Shown here piece by piece: positions 47,151 to 58,142 of a DNA stretch of 64,000 nucleotides. Positions within the stretch are counted from its first letter, which is position 1, and each line of letters starts with the position of its first letter. The position numbers were made by a program, and so were the translations under genes. Origin of the DNA: Spirochaetia bacterium (GTDB lineage: Bacteria > Spirochaetota > Spirochaetia > CADAEX01); the NCBI GenBank assembly GCA_963662265.2, contig CAXXHA010000003.1, positions 1 through 64,000 on the forward strand, given 5' to 3'. Below the pieces are notes generated by a model. That model made no database searches. It saw only the letters and a program-made list of their open reading frames with translations, and was not told the origin of the DNA.

Positions 47151-47622
47151 AAAAAATACTTTTCCTGAGTGCCTTCCCTGCAATTTCCGCGATTTCTTCA
47201 ACAAATATTCTGTCAGTTTCTCCGAAAGATGAATAGCTGCGGCTGTCAATATCAATGACAGCTATGATTTTTCCGTCACAGAATACTGGAACAACTATCT
47301 CGCTTCTGGATTCTGAATCACATGCAATATGACCCGGAAAAAGATCAACATCCTCAACAATAACTGTTTCTTTTTCTCTGGCAGCTTTTCCGCATACCCC
47401 TTTTTTTATATCAATTGCTGTGCAGGCAGGTTTCCCCTGGAACGGTCCGAGGTAGAGTGTGTTCCCCTCAAGAAGGTAAAAACCTGCCCAGCTTATCTTG
47501 TCAAAACTGCTGAATAGAATTGCAGATATATTTGCCAGAACTGTTACTCCAGGAAGATTTTCTCCTGCGAGTTCTCTTATAGCCTGAATAACTGTTTTAT
47601 AAACTGTTTCATCTGTATTCAT
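47149..47622 (-). CDS. msrC: GAF-domain free methionine-(R)-sulfoxide reductase
   Basis: WAGFY, LGPFQGKPAC, GVCG, HIACD, SEIVVP and DIDS. Confidence 0.92.
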   Translation of the reverse strand: MNTDETVYKTVIQAIRELAGENLPGVTVLANISAILFSSFDKISWAGFYLLEGNTLYLGPFQGKPACTAIDIKKGVCGKAAREKETVIVEDVDLFPGHIACDSESRSEIVVPVFCDGKIIAVIDIDSRSYSSFGETDRIFVEEIAEIAGKALRKSIF

Positions 47623-47829
47623 GATACTTATTTTAGCATATCTGAAGCTGATGTCGAGTTTTCAATAAATGTATTTTTTCATTTTCATGAAGCTTCCATT
47701 GGGGAGGGCAGTTTTCTTATGCCGGTTACCCGGCTCATGGATTCCATGACAGAGCTGCGTATGATTACGGCATGAGAGCGGCTGAATCATCTATTGAGCA
47801 AACTGAATACTAGTTATATATTGGATTTC

Positions 47830-49389
47830 ATGACTTCTGAAAAAGGTGATTTTAAAAAAATATTTCTCCTGGGAATACCACTCTTTGCAGGTAACTTTTC
47901 AAAGTACCTTCTGCAGCTTGCCGATACTGTGATGGTTGGAAGACTCGGTACCATGGAACTTGCTTCAATTGCAATTGCAGGTCTTTACTGCCATGTTCTT
48001 CTCACATTTATCTGGCCCCTTACAAGCGGTGTTCAGGCAATTGCTGCCAGAAGATTCGGTAAACAGAAATTTACCGGGCCGGAAGATGATTTTACAGAAG
48101 AAAATCAGCCTGCAGCTGTATCCGGCAGGGAGGCTGGTAAGCTGCCGGTAAATGCCGCCGATAAGATTGCAGCGGATGATTTTTTCTGTGTCCCTGATTC
48201 TGACGGAGGACGGATTTGTCCGGATAAAGTTTCTTCTGGTAAAACCTTTTCAGTCAGCGTTACAAGGCCTGACGGATTATCTGCAGAAGCTTTTACAGGA
48301 AGGGCTCTTACAGGAGGATTTCTTGCAGGTGCAGGCGCGGGATTTGCCGCCTTTATAATATCATTTGCAAGCAGCTTTATTCTGAATATTCTCATTGATG
48401 AAAAGCAGCTTCTTCCCCTGGCTCTTGATTATACCAACCTCTTCAGATGGGTTTTCCCTATAGCCGGTCTCGGTGTTGTAATTTCAGGATTTCTTGCTGG
48501 AATAAACATGACATTCCAGATCATGGTTGTTACTATTGGAACAAATATTCTCAATATATTCTTTAATTATCTTTTCATCTTCGGGTCATTTGGTTTCCCT
48601 GAAATGGGAGTAAGAGGCGCTGCACTCGGAACTGTTCTTGCTGAAGTTTTCGGAACGCTCTATCTTCTGGCTTATCTTCTTCAGGAGAAAAAACTGCTGC
48701 CTTACAGGATTTTCAATATAAGAAAAATTAATTTTTCGACAGTCAGGGACATTGTAAGGATATCCTCTCCCATAGCTGTCCAGAATATAATAGCTCTGAC
48801 CGTGTTTCTTGTGTATGAATCCTTTATCGGAATGATAGGAACCGCATATCTTGCCGCGACTCACATTATTTTCAGCGTATTCAGGGTGAATAAGACAATA
48901 GTCGGAGGTTTTGCAAGGGCAGGGGGAATTCTTGCCGGTAATTACCTGGGGGCAGATAAAAAGGATAGAGCAATTAGCATAGTGAACTGCTGTGCAGTTA
49001 CAGGACTTGTTATAGGAATTGCTATTGTAGTTGCTGTACTGGTCTTTCCGCAAAGCATAGCCTCTCTTTTTACAACAGATGCGGAAACTGCTTCAATTAC
49101 AGTGAAAGCTCTCCGTTTTTTTGCTCTATTTTTCTTTATTGAAGTTTTTGGCTATACATTCGAGATAATATTTTCAGGGATAGGGTGGGGCAAATATGTG
49201 CTGTTTTCAGAGTTTACCACAAATATGGTTTTCATCCTTTTCATGACATGGATGTGCGTTAAAATTCTCGGTCTCGGTATTTACTGGGGATGGCTCAGCT
49301 TTGCACTTTACCAGGTTTTCCATGCTCTTATCTTGAGTTCCGGGTGGCTTTCAAGGCGGTGGCTCCATGTTGAGGTTGAAACAGGGTAG
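47830..49389 (+). CDS. MATE family efflux transporter with a ~75-aa hydrophilic insertion
   Basis: DTVMVGRLG and NIFFNYLFIFGSFGFPEMGVRGAALGT; about 12 TM segments. Confidence 0.92.
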   Translation: MTSEKGDFKKIFLLGIPLFAGNFSKYLLQLADTVMVGRLGTMELASIAIAGLYCHVLLTFIWPLTSGVQAIAARRFGKQKFTGPEDDFTEENQPAAVSGREAGKLPVNAADKIAADDFFCVPDSDGGRICPDKVSSGKTFSVSVTRPDGLSAEAFTGRALTGGFLAGAGAGFAAFIISFASSFILNILIDEKQLLPLALDYTNLFRWVFPIAGLGVVISGFLAGINMTFQIMVVTIGTNILNIFFNYLFIFGSFGFPEMGVRGAALGTVLAEVFGTLYLLAYLLQEKKLLPYRIFNIRKINFSTVRDIVRISSPIAVQNIIALTVFLVYESFIGMIGTAYLAATHIIFSVFRVNKTIVGGFARAGGILAGNYLGADKKDRAISIVNCCAVTGLVIGIAIVVAVLVFPQSIASLFTTDAETASITVKALRFFALFFFIEVFGYTFEIIFSGIGWGKYVLFSEFTTNMVFILFMTWMCVKILGLGIYWGWLSFALYQVFHALILSSGWLSRRWLHVEVETG

Positions 49390-49494
49390 AAAAAATATAT
49401 TGTTTTTCAAGTTCCCCTGCAGGCAGAAATCCAGGGTAGATGTTCGGATTCTGCGGGGGAAAAACAGCAAAAACGGGTTTCCATAAATACAAAT

Positions 49495-49531
49495 GAATGA
49501 AACAGGAATGAAACAGGAATGAAACAGGAAT
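49495..49531. repeat. Tandem 11-bp repeat, about 3.4 copies
   Basis: GAATGAAACAG three times plus GAAT. Confidence 0.9.
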
Positions 49532-49603
49532 ATTAGTTATTCAGCAATATTCCGGAATAAAAAAATTATGAATAGTCAGAAAAATGTAATATAATTATTT
49601 ACT

Positions 49604-50836
49604 GTGAGAACGGTAAATAATTCACATAATTCTTTATATCACGGAATTCTTTCTCTTGTTATTGAGAAGCTGGATTCCTTTATTATTATAGCGGATGAAG
49701 AAACTAATATCGTTATATGGAACAAGGCAGCTGAAAACTGTTTCTGTATACCGGAAGAATTTGCTGTAGGTAAAAAAGTATTTGATCTTCCTGTCATATG
49801 GGACAGGGATCAGATCCGGGAACAGCTTGAGCAGTCAGGCAGCATAAATGCTGACAGATTATTGAATCTGGAACTGGAAAGACCGGATAACCAGAAAAGA
49901 TGGATCTCTTTCAGGATATATAAAATTAATTCTTCGGAAGATAATAACAGTTCCTATATTTTTCTGGTTGGAAATGATGTTACTGAACAGACAAAAAGCT
50001 TTGAACTTCTTAAAGAGGACAACAAGTTCAAGGCAATCGGAGAACTTTCCGCCGGTATAGCTCATGAAATAAATTCCCCACTGCAGTATATCCATAATAA
50101 TCTCACTTTTATAAGCAGTGTGCTTGAATCCCATATGAATATTGAAGATAAGCTGCTCTCCATTCCGAAATCCCAGGACAGCAGCAGTCTGGAAAAATTT
50201 GTGAAGAACCTGAAAGAGGAAATTGAACTTCAGCAGACAGATGAAATATCATCTGAAGCAAGGGAAGCTATTGATCAGTCTATGGAGGGAGTGAGGCGAA
50301 TTGAAGTAATAGTAAATTCCCTGAAGAACTATGCTCACCCGGAAAAGGATGAACCTGTTGATGTCAATCTTATTTCAGTAGTGCAGGATTCAATTAACTT
50401 ATCGATAAATGAATGGAAATATGTGGCTGATATAGAAACTGATTTTCCTTCTTACCCTGTAATTATAAAAGGTTATCCGACATATTTAAGCCAGGTAATT
50501 GTCAATATTCTTGTAAATGCGGGGCACGCAATCGAGGAGCTCCGTGTAATAAAAGATATTAAGGGCCTGATTAAACTGAATGTAAGTACAGGCGACGGGA
50601 TGGCTGGAATCCGAATTGAAGATAATGGTATAGGCATGAGGGAGGAAGTCAGGAGCAGAATATTCGAGCCGTTTTTTACTACAAAGAGAATTGGAAAAGG
50701 GACAGGCCAGGGGCTTGCAATTGCCTACTCAATTATTGCCAATAAGCACATGGGACAGATAACATGTGAATCCACTGTTGGTGAAGGCTCTGCTTTTTAC
50801 ATAGAGCTGCCGGTTGATATGAATGATGGGAAATAA
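49604..50836 (+). CDS. Cytoplasmic PAS sensor histidine kinase (NtrB-like)
   Basis: PAS (WNKAAE), AGIAHEINSPL, NILVNA, DNGIG, FEPFFTTK and GTGQGL. Confidence 0.93.
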   Translation: MRTVNNSHNSLYHGILSLVIEKLDSFIIIADEETNIVIWNKAAENCFCIPEEFAVGKKVFDLPVIWDRDQIREQLEQSGSINADRLLNLELERPDNQKRWISFRIYKINSSEDNNSSYIFLVGNDVTEQTKSFELLKEDNKFKAIGELSAGIAHEINSPLQYIHNNLTFISSVLESHMNIEDKLLSIPKSQDSSSLEKFVKNLKEEIELQQTDEISSEAREAIDQSMEGVRRIEVIVNSLKNYAHPEKDEPVDVNLISVVQDSINLSINEWKYVADIETDFPSYPVIIKGYPTYLSQVIVNILVNAGHAIEELRVIKDIKGLIKLNVSTGDGMAGIRIEDNGIGMREEVRSRIFEPFFTTKRIGKGTGQGLAIAYSIIANKHMGQITCESTVGEGSAFYIELPVDMNDGK

Positions 50837-52080
50837 TATTAACAGTTCACATCCATGGTTGCCCGGAGGAGATTATTACCAGACTGCTCTTGATAATTTT
50901 CCTGATATTGTAATTATCCTTAACTGCAGGCTTGAGCTTGAATATTTAAACAGAATAGGATTGGAAATATATAAAACTGACATTGTCAGATCAGGATTTA
51001 CCATCAAAGAGCTGTTCCCTGATGCTGATGATCTGCCGGAAAAGCTGATGCAGTTGAAATCAGGCAGATTTTTGAGTAATTATGAAATTATAAACAGCCG
51101 CGGCGATGGGAAAAAATACAGTTTTGTTTCCGCCGGAATTTTTAAAGACTGTATTACAGGTGAAGAAAAATATCTTCTTTTTGTCAAAGACATGACATCT
51201 GAAATAAATGAATTTGCCAAACAGATCAAGTCAAATATTGAACTGATAAACAGCAATGAAATGCTTAAGAAAAAATATGCGGATTTAATTATAGAAAACA
51301 GGATGTCTTCGATCGGGCAGCTTGTCGGCCGGTATAGCACATGAAATAAACAATCCTCTCGGATATATAAAAAGTAATTTCAATGTTCTTACAGAAAATA
51401 TTGAAATACTTGAAAAATATATCTCTCTTCTTAAAAGCAGTTCTTTAAATTCTGAAATTACAGAATTTGCTGATAAAAACAATATTCAGGAAATATTTGA
51501 TGATCTTGAGGATATCAGAAAAGAAACAAACCATGGGATTTCAAAAATAAAAACAATAATTGACAGCCTGGGAAGCTTTTCCCATACAAATATTCTTGAG
51601 AAATATGAACAGGTCAATATTAATGATTCTATTGAAAATATGCTTGTTATAACTGAGAATCAATACAAATATGATATTGAAGTGATATACCGTCCGGGAC
51701 AGGTGCAGGACACTTACTGTATGGTCTCAGAGATAAATCAGGCTTTTCTCAATATTTTCATGAATGCTGTGGAAAATACACGTAAAAGCAAGTCAGAGAA
51801 AATAATAATTATTGAAACCTGGATGAGTGATAATATGATTTATATTTCTTTTGAAAATCATGGCGATTCTGTTGATGAAGCAGATCTTGAGAAAGTATTC
51901 AATCCTTTTTTTACTACTAAAAAAACCGGAGAAGGGATGGGGCTTGGTCTTACAATTGTTCAGGATATTATCCGGGACAGGCATCAGGGAAGTATAGTCT
52001 TAACCAATACAGATAACGGTGTATGTGTTAAGGCCTCAATTCCCGTTATTGAATATTCGGAGGATACTTATGGAACATAA
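50823..52080 (+). CDS. Second PAS sensor histidine kinase (apparent frameshift near 51321)
   Basis: PAS ORF ends RMSSIGQ and continues in another frame as LSAGIAHEINNPL, NIFMNA, FNPFFTTK and GMGLGL. Confidence 0.88.
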
Positions 52081-52979
52081 CATCTTGTTTGTTGATGATG
52101 AAGTAAATGTTGTAAAAGGAATAAAGAGGCTGTTTCTGCGGACAGATTACAAGGTATTTATTGAAACAGACTGCAGAAAAGCGCTTGAAATAATTAAAGA
52201 AAACAGAATTAGTGTTCTTGTTTCTGACATGAGAATGCCAGAAATGAACGGAGTTAAGTTTATAAAACTTGCCGATGAAATAGATCCCATGGTTGTCAAG
52301 ATAATACTGTCAGGGTATTCAGATATTGATGATATCATGTCTGCCATCAATGAAGGTCATATATACAGCTACATTACAAAACCCTGGCATGATGAAGGTC
52401 TGAAACTGCTTATATCCAATTCCTGTGATTATTATGAAAAAAAAATCAGGGAAAAGGAGCTTATTGCTGAACTGAAGAAAAAACAGAAACAGCTTGTAGA
52501 TATGAATAAAAACCTTGAAAAAATTGTTGAGGAAAGGACAAAGGAGATAGCTGAGACAAATAATATACTGAACCTGATTATCAAAGGTTCTGACAGGGAA
52601 ACAATATATTCCAGTATTGCTGAAAATATCAAGCAAATAAACAGAAGAGGCGCTTCTGTTCTTGTGATGGAAAACAGCAATGCTCAGTACTACGGGGATG
52701 AAAATATCACTGTGGATAAACCGGAAGATATAAAAAAGTCTGAACAGGCTTTTGAATATAAAGATCTGGTTGTTTTTCCGATTACCTATTCAGGAGAACT
52801 TGTAGGAGCCTTCCTTCTGAAAAATGATATGAGTCTTGATATCTCAATAACTGAAAAAACGGATATCATCATTTAAATCTGCCGCCAAGCTGTATATGAC
52901 ACAGCGCTTTCTTCTCAGTGATTCGGGAGGATTTATCAATAATATTGATAAAATGATAGGTGAGTTGTCTGATGAATGA
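52070..52979 (+). CDS. Response regulator (REC, coiled coil and GAF-like tail); likely frameshift near 52855
   Basis: ILFVDDE, SDMRMPEMNG, ILSG and YITKPW; ORF as read ends at 52876. Confidence 0.85.
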
Positions 52980-54864
52980 TCTGCCGGATAAAGCTGTTTA
53001 TCTGCAGTTTTGATAATTCTTCCGACAGAAAACAGTTCCTGGAAAATGCTGAAAAAAAATATAAAGATACTCCCGGTTTTAAAAAAACATTTATTGATTT
53101 TATTTTGTTCAACAGATTGGAGAATTTACTGGGGGCGGATATTATTATTTCTGAACCGGTTAAAGAAAGGCAGCTTAAAATTCACGGTTTTCCTGACATA
53201 AGAACATTCAGTGAACTGGCTAATATCAGTGCTGTTTTTGAGAAGCTTTCTGAATGCCTGGGTAATACTGATCCGGCAGATACAGCACTTCCTCCTTCTC
53301 TTTTTTTCAGGAAAGGTGATACAGTCGCGGAAATATTCAATACAGAAAATACCAATTCTGCTGAGATATCTGATATTATTGATTTCGATTCAGACAGTTT
53401 TAATGTTGAAAGATCTGAAAACATGCAGATATGCAAGGCTAGAAAGAGCGGCTATCTAGTTTCGTCCATCGGAAGACTGTCAATTTCCTCACCAGTGGTA
53501 TTTTCGAGTGTGAGAAAACAGAAGTATATGTTTATTATTTTCCTGTCATATACAGGAAGAATGATCTTCTTGATTATATTTATAACTGGTTTAGCCAGTT
53601 TTCTGTAAAATACCCCGAAGCCCCGTTCCGTGAATTACCTGACAGAAAGTATCTTGAGAATTCTGATGCGAACAGGTTTCTGGCGATAAAAGGTAATACA
53701 GCTGTAAGCGGAAGGGATGCTTCAATTGAAAAACTATGCTGCTATACTGACAGTATTGCTGATGAAGAGGGGAGAATCGATCACAGATCTTTCAAAAGAT
53801 ACACAGTTGTAGACAAGGACCAGCTTCTTTTCAGAAAATTTAAAAAACTTGATCCTGTCCCCGGAGTCGATATTTACGGCAACCGGATTGAAGTAGATGA
53901 AAGCAGCGACAGGGAAATAAAAGCGGAAGGATTAATCAGGGAAGAATCTGAAGGGGAGTATATAAACTATTATTCTGATTCTGCAGGGCTCTTTTCTTTC
54001 GAAGAAAACCGGGCTCTGGTTGAAGAGGTGATGATAGTCGACGGAAATGTTGATTATAGGACAGGCAATATTGATTTTCCGAATAATGTTAATATCAGGG
54101 GTGATGTTGCCCCCGGGTTCAATGTCAGAAGCGGAAAAAATGTAATTGTCGAAGGCTGTCTTGATAACGGTTCATTTGTCAAATGCGGGGGGGACCTTGT
54201 TGTAAAAAACGGGATAATCGGCGAGGGGACCAGGATTGAATGTGAAGGTGATGTTTATGCTAATTATTTTTCAGAGGCAGAGCTTTACTGCAGCGGTAAG
54301 ACTGTAATTGAAAAATATATGATGGGCGGTTCAGTTTTTTCGGAAAAAATGATTGAAGTACATGGAAACGGAATAAAAAAACCTGAAATATCTTCTGTTT
54401 TCGGAGGCAGATACTACTCAATGGGGAGTATTTCAGTTCATTCGGCAGGAAATATGAACAGAAGCACTCTTCTTTGCTGCGGCTATAATCCATATCTGGA
54501 TTTTAAACACAGGGAAACAGTCCGCGCGTGTGCAGCAGTTGACAGTGAAATCTCCGGTATTTTAAACCTGCTTCGCGGCAGGTACGGTATAACTGAAAAC
54601 CCTGAAACTGCAAAAAATAAAACAGCAGATGAAAAAAGACTTATAGTGGAAAAACTGAAGAAACTGAAAGAATTGAATAAAACACGGAACAGCCTTTCAG
54701 AGCTTGGAAACAAAATACTGTCAGATATTTATTCGCATGAAAACAGCAATATATCTGTTTCAATACAAAAATATTTAATTCCTGTTGTCGAAATCCAGAT
54801 GATCAGGGATATTCAGGTTATCAGGGAAAAGAGAAGCAGTGAAATTTTTAAACTGCCTGATTAA
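52972..54864 (+). CDS. FapA/DUF342 family protein (several apparent frameshifts in the 5' half)
   Basis: PGVDIYGN and VDGNVDYRTGNIDF..NVNIRGDV beta-helix repeats, then a coiled coil. Confidence 0.8.
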
Positions 54865-54989
54865 TAATAATATTGTCAAATCATTGTTTAAACAATGTTT
54901 CATGCAGATATAAATACTTGATTATTAAGCGGATATACCTTTAATATTGTATCGATATTATACAAAAACTTATAAATAAGAGGCTGCCA

Positions 54990-56243
54990 TTGGGGACGAA
55001 GAATTCAAAGATATTGTATTTTCTTATAATGCTGATATTATTCCTGATTATTTCCGGATTGCTGATTGACGGTCCGGGAAATGCATTGAGGAGTTTTTTC
55101 AATCTTCAGGTACTGCCTGCAAGGCTTTTAAATGATTTTATTCAGACAGGAAGTATCGGGGGAACATTAATAAATGCTGCTCTTGTAGGAGCTATCGGCC
55201 TGTTCCTTACAGTAATTCTCAAGGTACAGCTGTCAGGTCCGACTTTTGCTGCAATTTTCACAATGATAGGGTTTGGATTTTTCGGAAAGACAGTTTTTAA
55301 TATTATACCTGTAATTACAGGTGTATATCTTTCTGCAAAAATTGTCAGAAAAATGCTTCGTGAATACATAATTATTGCGCTTTTCGGAACTGCACTCGGC
55401 CCTCTTGTAAGCCTTATAAGTTATGAGATTGGTTTTACAGGGATAAAGGCAGTCATTGCAGGAATAACAGGCGGAATAGCTGCAGGTTTTTTTCTTCCTG
55501 CAATTGCGGTTGCAATGCTCCATCTGCATCAGGGATATAATCTATACAACATGGGGCTGTCATGCGGGTTTTTCGCATTATTTGCAGCTTCGTTTGTAAA
55601 AGCGACAGGTTACAGGTTTGAGACTGCTGTTGAATGGTATACTGAAAAATCACTGGTCTTGCAGTTTCTTGTACCTGTAATATCTGCTGTCCTTATAACA
55701 GCAGGTTTAATATCGGGAGGGAAAAAGTGTTTAAAAGATTTCCGCGATATACAGAAACTGTCAGGACGTCTTCCTTCCGATTTCATGGATCTCTGTTCAA
55801 TAGAGGGATCTCTTTTAAACAGCGGGCTTATCGGGCTTGCAGGCTCTCTGTATATCTATATAATCGGTGGGGATTTCAACGGTCCTGTAATCGGAGGATT
55901 ATTTACAATAATGGGGTTTGCCGCATTCGGAACCCATTTTAAAAATTCATGGCCGGTTGTACTTGGTGTAATTCTCAGTTCCCTGCTGTTTTCCCAAAAC
56001 CTTTCATCTCCCGGACCTGTTCTTGCTGTAATTTTCTGTACAACTCTTGCTCCCCTTGCCGGGCAGTTTGGTATTTTTACCGGTATAACAGCAGGATTTA
56101 TACACCTTGTAATGGTGCTTCAGACAGGCAGCTGGCAGGGGGGATTAAACCTCTACAATAACGGGTTTGCAGGCGGAATTACTGCTACATTAATAGTTTC
56201 TGTTATACAATGGTACCGGATTAATAAATCTGATTATTCATAA
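54990..56243 (+). CDS. DUF1576-like duplicated membrane protein
   Basis: Repeated halves: GPTFAAIFTMIGFGFFGK / GPVIGGLFTIMGFAAFGT and QGYNLYNMG / GGLNLYNNGF. Confidence 0.82.
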   Translation: MGTKNSKILYFLIMLILFLIISGLLIDGPGNALRSFFNLQVLPARLLNDFIQTGSIGGTLINAALVGAIGLFLTVILKVQLSGPTFAAIFTMIGFGFFGKTVFNIIPVITGVYLSAKIVRKMLREYIIIALFGTALGPLVSLISYEIGFTGIKAVIAGITGGIAAGFFLPAIAVAMLHLHQGYNLYNMGLSCGFFALFAASFVKATGYRFETAVEWYTEKSLVLQFLVPVISAVLITAGLISGGKKCLKDFRDIQKLSGRLPSDFMDLCSIEGSLLNSGLIGLAGSLYIYIIGGDFNGPVIGGLFTIMGFAAFGTHFKNSWPVVLGVILSSLLFSQNLSSPGPVLAVIFCTTLAPLAGQFGIFTGITAGFIHLVMVLQTGSWQGGLNLYNNGFAGGITATLIVSVIQWYRINKSDYS

Positions 56244-56266
56244 TATAATCTATCAGGAGTTTTTCA

Positions 56267-56644
56267 TTGAAAAGAAAAGATTTTATCCTGCATCTTATCG
56301 GGGAGATTGCAAACTATATTCTGGAAGAAGATCCCAGGAGAATGGTGATTTCACTGCATCAGGAAACAGACGGGCTTCACCTCTGTATACTTGATGATAA
56401 TTCTCATTCTGATGAGGAAATAGAAAAGATGGAAAAGGCTTTAAACAGCCAGAAAAGACCGGAGCTTTCCGGGTATTACGGTGCCATGACCGGGCATGAT
56501 CTTCTCGGCTCTTCCCGGCTCAATCTTATCGGGTGGCAGATCAAGCATGCTGATGTCAGCCGGACAGACAGCGGAATAAAGATTGACCTGTGGCTGGGCG
56601 GAGACAGGTTTGACAGTAATAATTTCAATATACCGGAAAAATAA
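56267..56644 (+). CDS. Hypothetical cytoplasmic partner of the DUF1576 protein
   Basis: 125-aa ORF with RBS AGGAG and TTG start; KRPELSGYYGAMTG..LNLIG motif. Confidence 0.7.
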   Translation: MKRKDFILHLIGEIANYILEEDPRRMVISLHQETDGLHLCILDDNSHSDEEIEKMEKALNSQKRPELSGYYGAMTGHDLLGSSRLNLIGWQIKHADVSRTDSGIKIDLWLGGDRFDSNNFNIPEK

Positions 56645-56657
56645 AAATTCCCGAAGT

Positions 56658-56697
56658 AAAAAAGCTGTACCAGGGTTATTCCAGTACAGCTTTTTTT
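56658..56697. terminator. Bidirectional rho-independent terminator
   Basis: AAAAAAGCTGTAC...GTACAGCTTTTTT between convergent genes. Confidence 0.85.
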
Positions 56698-56719
56698 AAA
56701 CTTTTAAATATGAATGTTA

Positions 56720-58132
56720 TTATTTTTTTACAATAGTTTTTTCCGGAGCATCAAAAACCATTGTTGCTCCCTCAATATTGATTACATCCCCGGGTTTCAG
56801 TACCCGTTTTTTTACAGCCCTGTTGTTAACCCTTACCTCATTGCTTGAAACAAGTGTGTAGCTGTCTGTTTTTTCATCCCTTACTATTGTCGCATGTGAT
56901 TCCCTGATTGACGGAATCCCTGTTATTGTATAATCAGCAGATGCTGATCCTCCGATTACAGTATTCTGTGACGAGATAAGCATTGTCTTCTCAAGAGCCC
57001 TTCCTCTTCCCCGGCCTGAAAGCAGCTGTGTCAGTTCCGCCTGATGCGCCTCTTTTTCCAGTTTAAGGAACAGCAATACAGCAAGTATTATTACACCTGT
57101 AATTATAAGAATAAGGGCGGGAAGTGGTGAACTGAGACTTCCTGTTCCGAATATAAGTGCCGGTGAATATGACATGCTGTCATCTGCCGTATTATTGAGA
57201 TTCACATCAACTGAAGGAGCCTTTGAAAAAGTAACAGGAACCCTGACTCTTATTCTGAACTCCTCATTTATGCTCTTTCTTATATTTTCATAAACACCTG
57301 TGAGTTCCTCTTCATTTGATGCATCGAAAACTCGTCCTCCCGATGTTACAGCTATCTCAGCAAGGGGGATGTCTTTCTCTTTTGAAAAATTCACGGCATA
57401 AAGTGTTACTTCGTTTTCGGAAAGCGCTTCTGCTGCCTGACCAGGCAGGTAACTTTTATCTCCGAGTTCAGGGTGCTGTTTTCCCGATACCTTGAAGTAC
57501 GGGTAATTCTCTCCATCGGAGAGAAGTATAATTGCTTTCCTTCCGGCAGTTTTTCCCATTTCTCCTGCAGCCTTTATTATTGTGTAATAAAGCTCTGTAT
57601 ATGATTCCTCCCTGGTCGGTTTTTCAATTGTCTCAAATATATCGTTTATGCTGCCCAGGTTCACGCCTGGCTGAGCGAGCAGGGAGAAATCCCTGTTGAA
57701 AACAGCAACACCCCCAGAGTCCCTGTCCTGATCAAGTCTGGAAAAAAAGGTCCTTGCAGCCCTGACTGCAGCTGAAATCCTTTCAGTTTCCGGATCTTTA
57801 TCAGTTTTCTCATACATGCTTCCTGAATTATCCAGAAGCAGCATAAATGTAATTCCATCTGAGCTTTCACTGTTTTTTCCGGTTTCAAGCACTTTAAGCG
57901 GCTTTGACCCGGATTCATCTGTCTGTGTAAGACTGATTGATGATCCGGGATTTTTTATTTCAAGAGGTTTGCCCCCCTTATCTGTTATCCTGACATAGCA
58001 GTCGACTGTTGAGGATATAAAAAGCCTGGAAGTATCAAGCTGTGATATTGATATATTTTCCCCCCATGCAGGAGAAGATGCGATTAACATGATAAAAGCT
58101 GTTTTTAATATTGATTCAAATGTTTTTCTCAT
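56720..58132 (-). CDS. Signal peptide-VWA-TM-FHA protein
   Basis: MIDAS DNSGS...T...LSDGEN; TM PALILIITGVIILAVLLF; C-terminal FHA-like region (IG..D..I...SHA..VN..LKPGDVINI). Confidence 0.88.
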   Translation of the reverse strand: MRKTFESILKTAFIMLIASSPAWGENISISQLDTSRLFISSTVDCYVRITDKGGKPLEIKNPGSSISLTQTDESGSKPLKVLETGKNSESSDGITFMLLLDNSGSMYEKTDKDPETERISAAVRAARTFFSRLDQDRDSGGVAVFNRDFSLLAQPGVNLGSINDIFETIEKPTREESYTELYYTIIKAAGEMGKTAGRKAIILLSDGENYPYFKVSGKQHPELGDKSYLPGQAAEALSENEVTLYAVNFSKEKDIPLAEIAVTSGGRVFDASNEEELTGVYENIRKSINEEFRIRVRVPVTFSKAPSVDVNLNNTADDSMSYSPALIFGTGSLSSPLPALILIITGVIILAVLLFLKLEKEAHQAELTQLLSGRGRGRALEKTMLISSQNTVIGGSASADYTITGIPSIRESHATIVRDEKTDSYTLVSSNEVRVNNRAVKKRVLKPGDVINIEGATMVFDAPEKTIVKK

Positions 58133-58142
58133 TTCTTTCTCC

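Noticed and set aside
49495-49531. Possible CRISPR array
   Set aside because: 11-bp units with no spacers and no cas genes in the window
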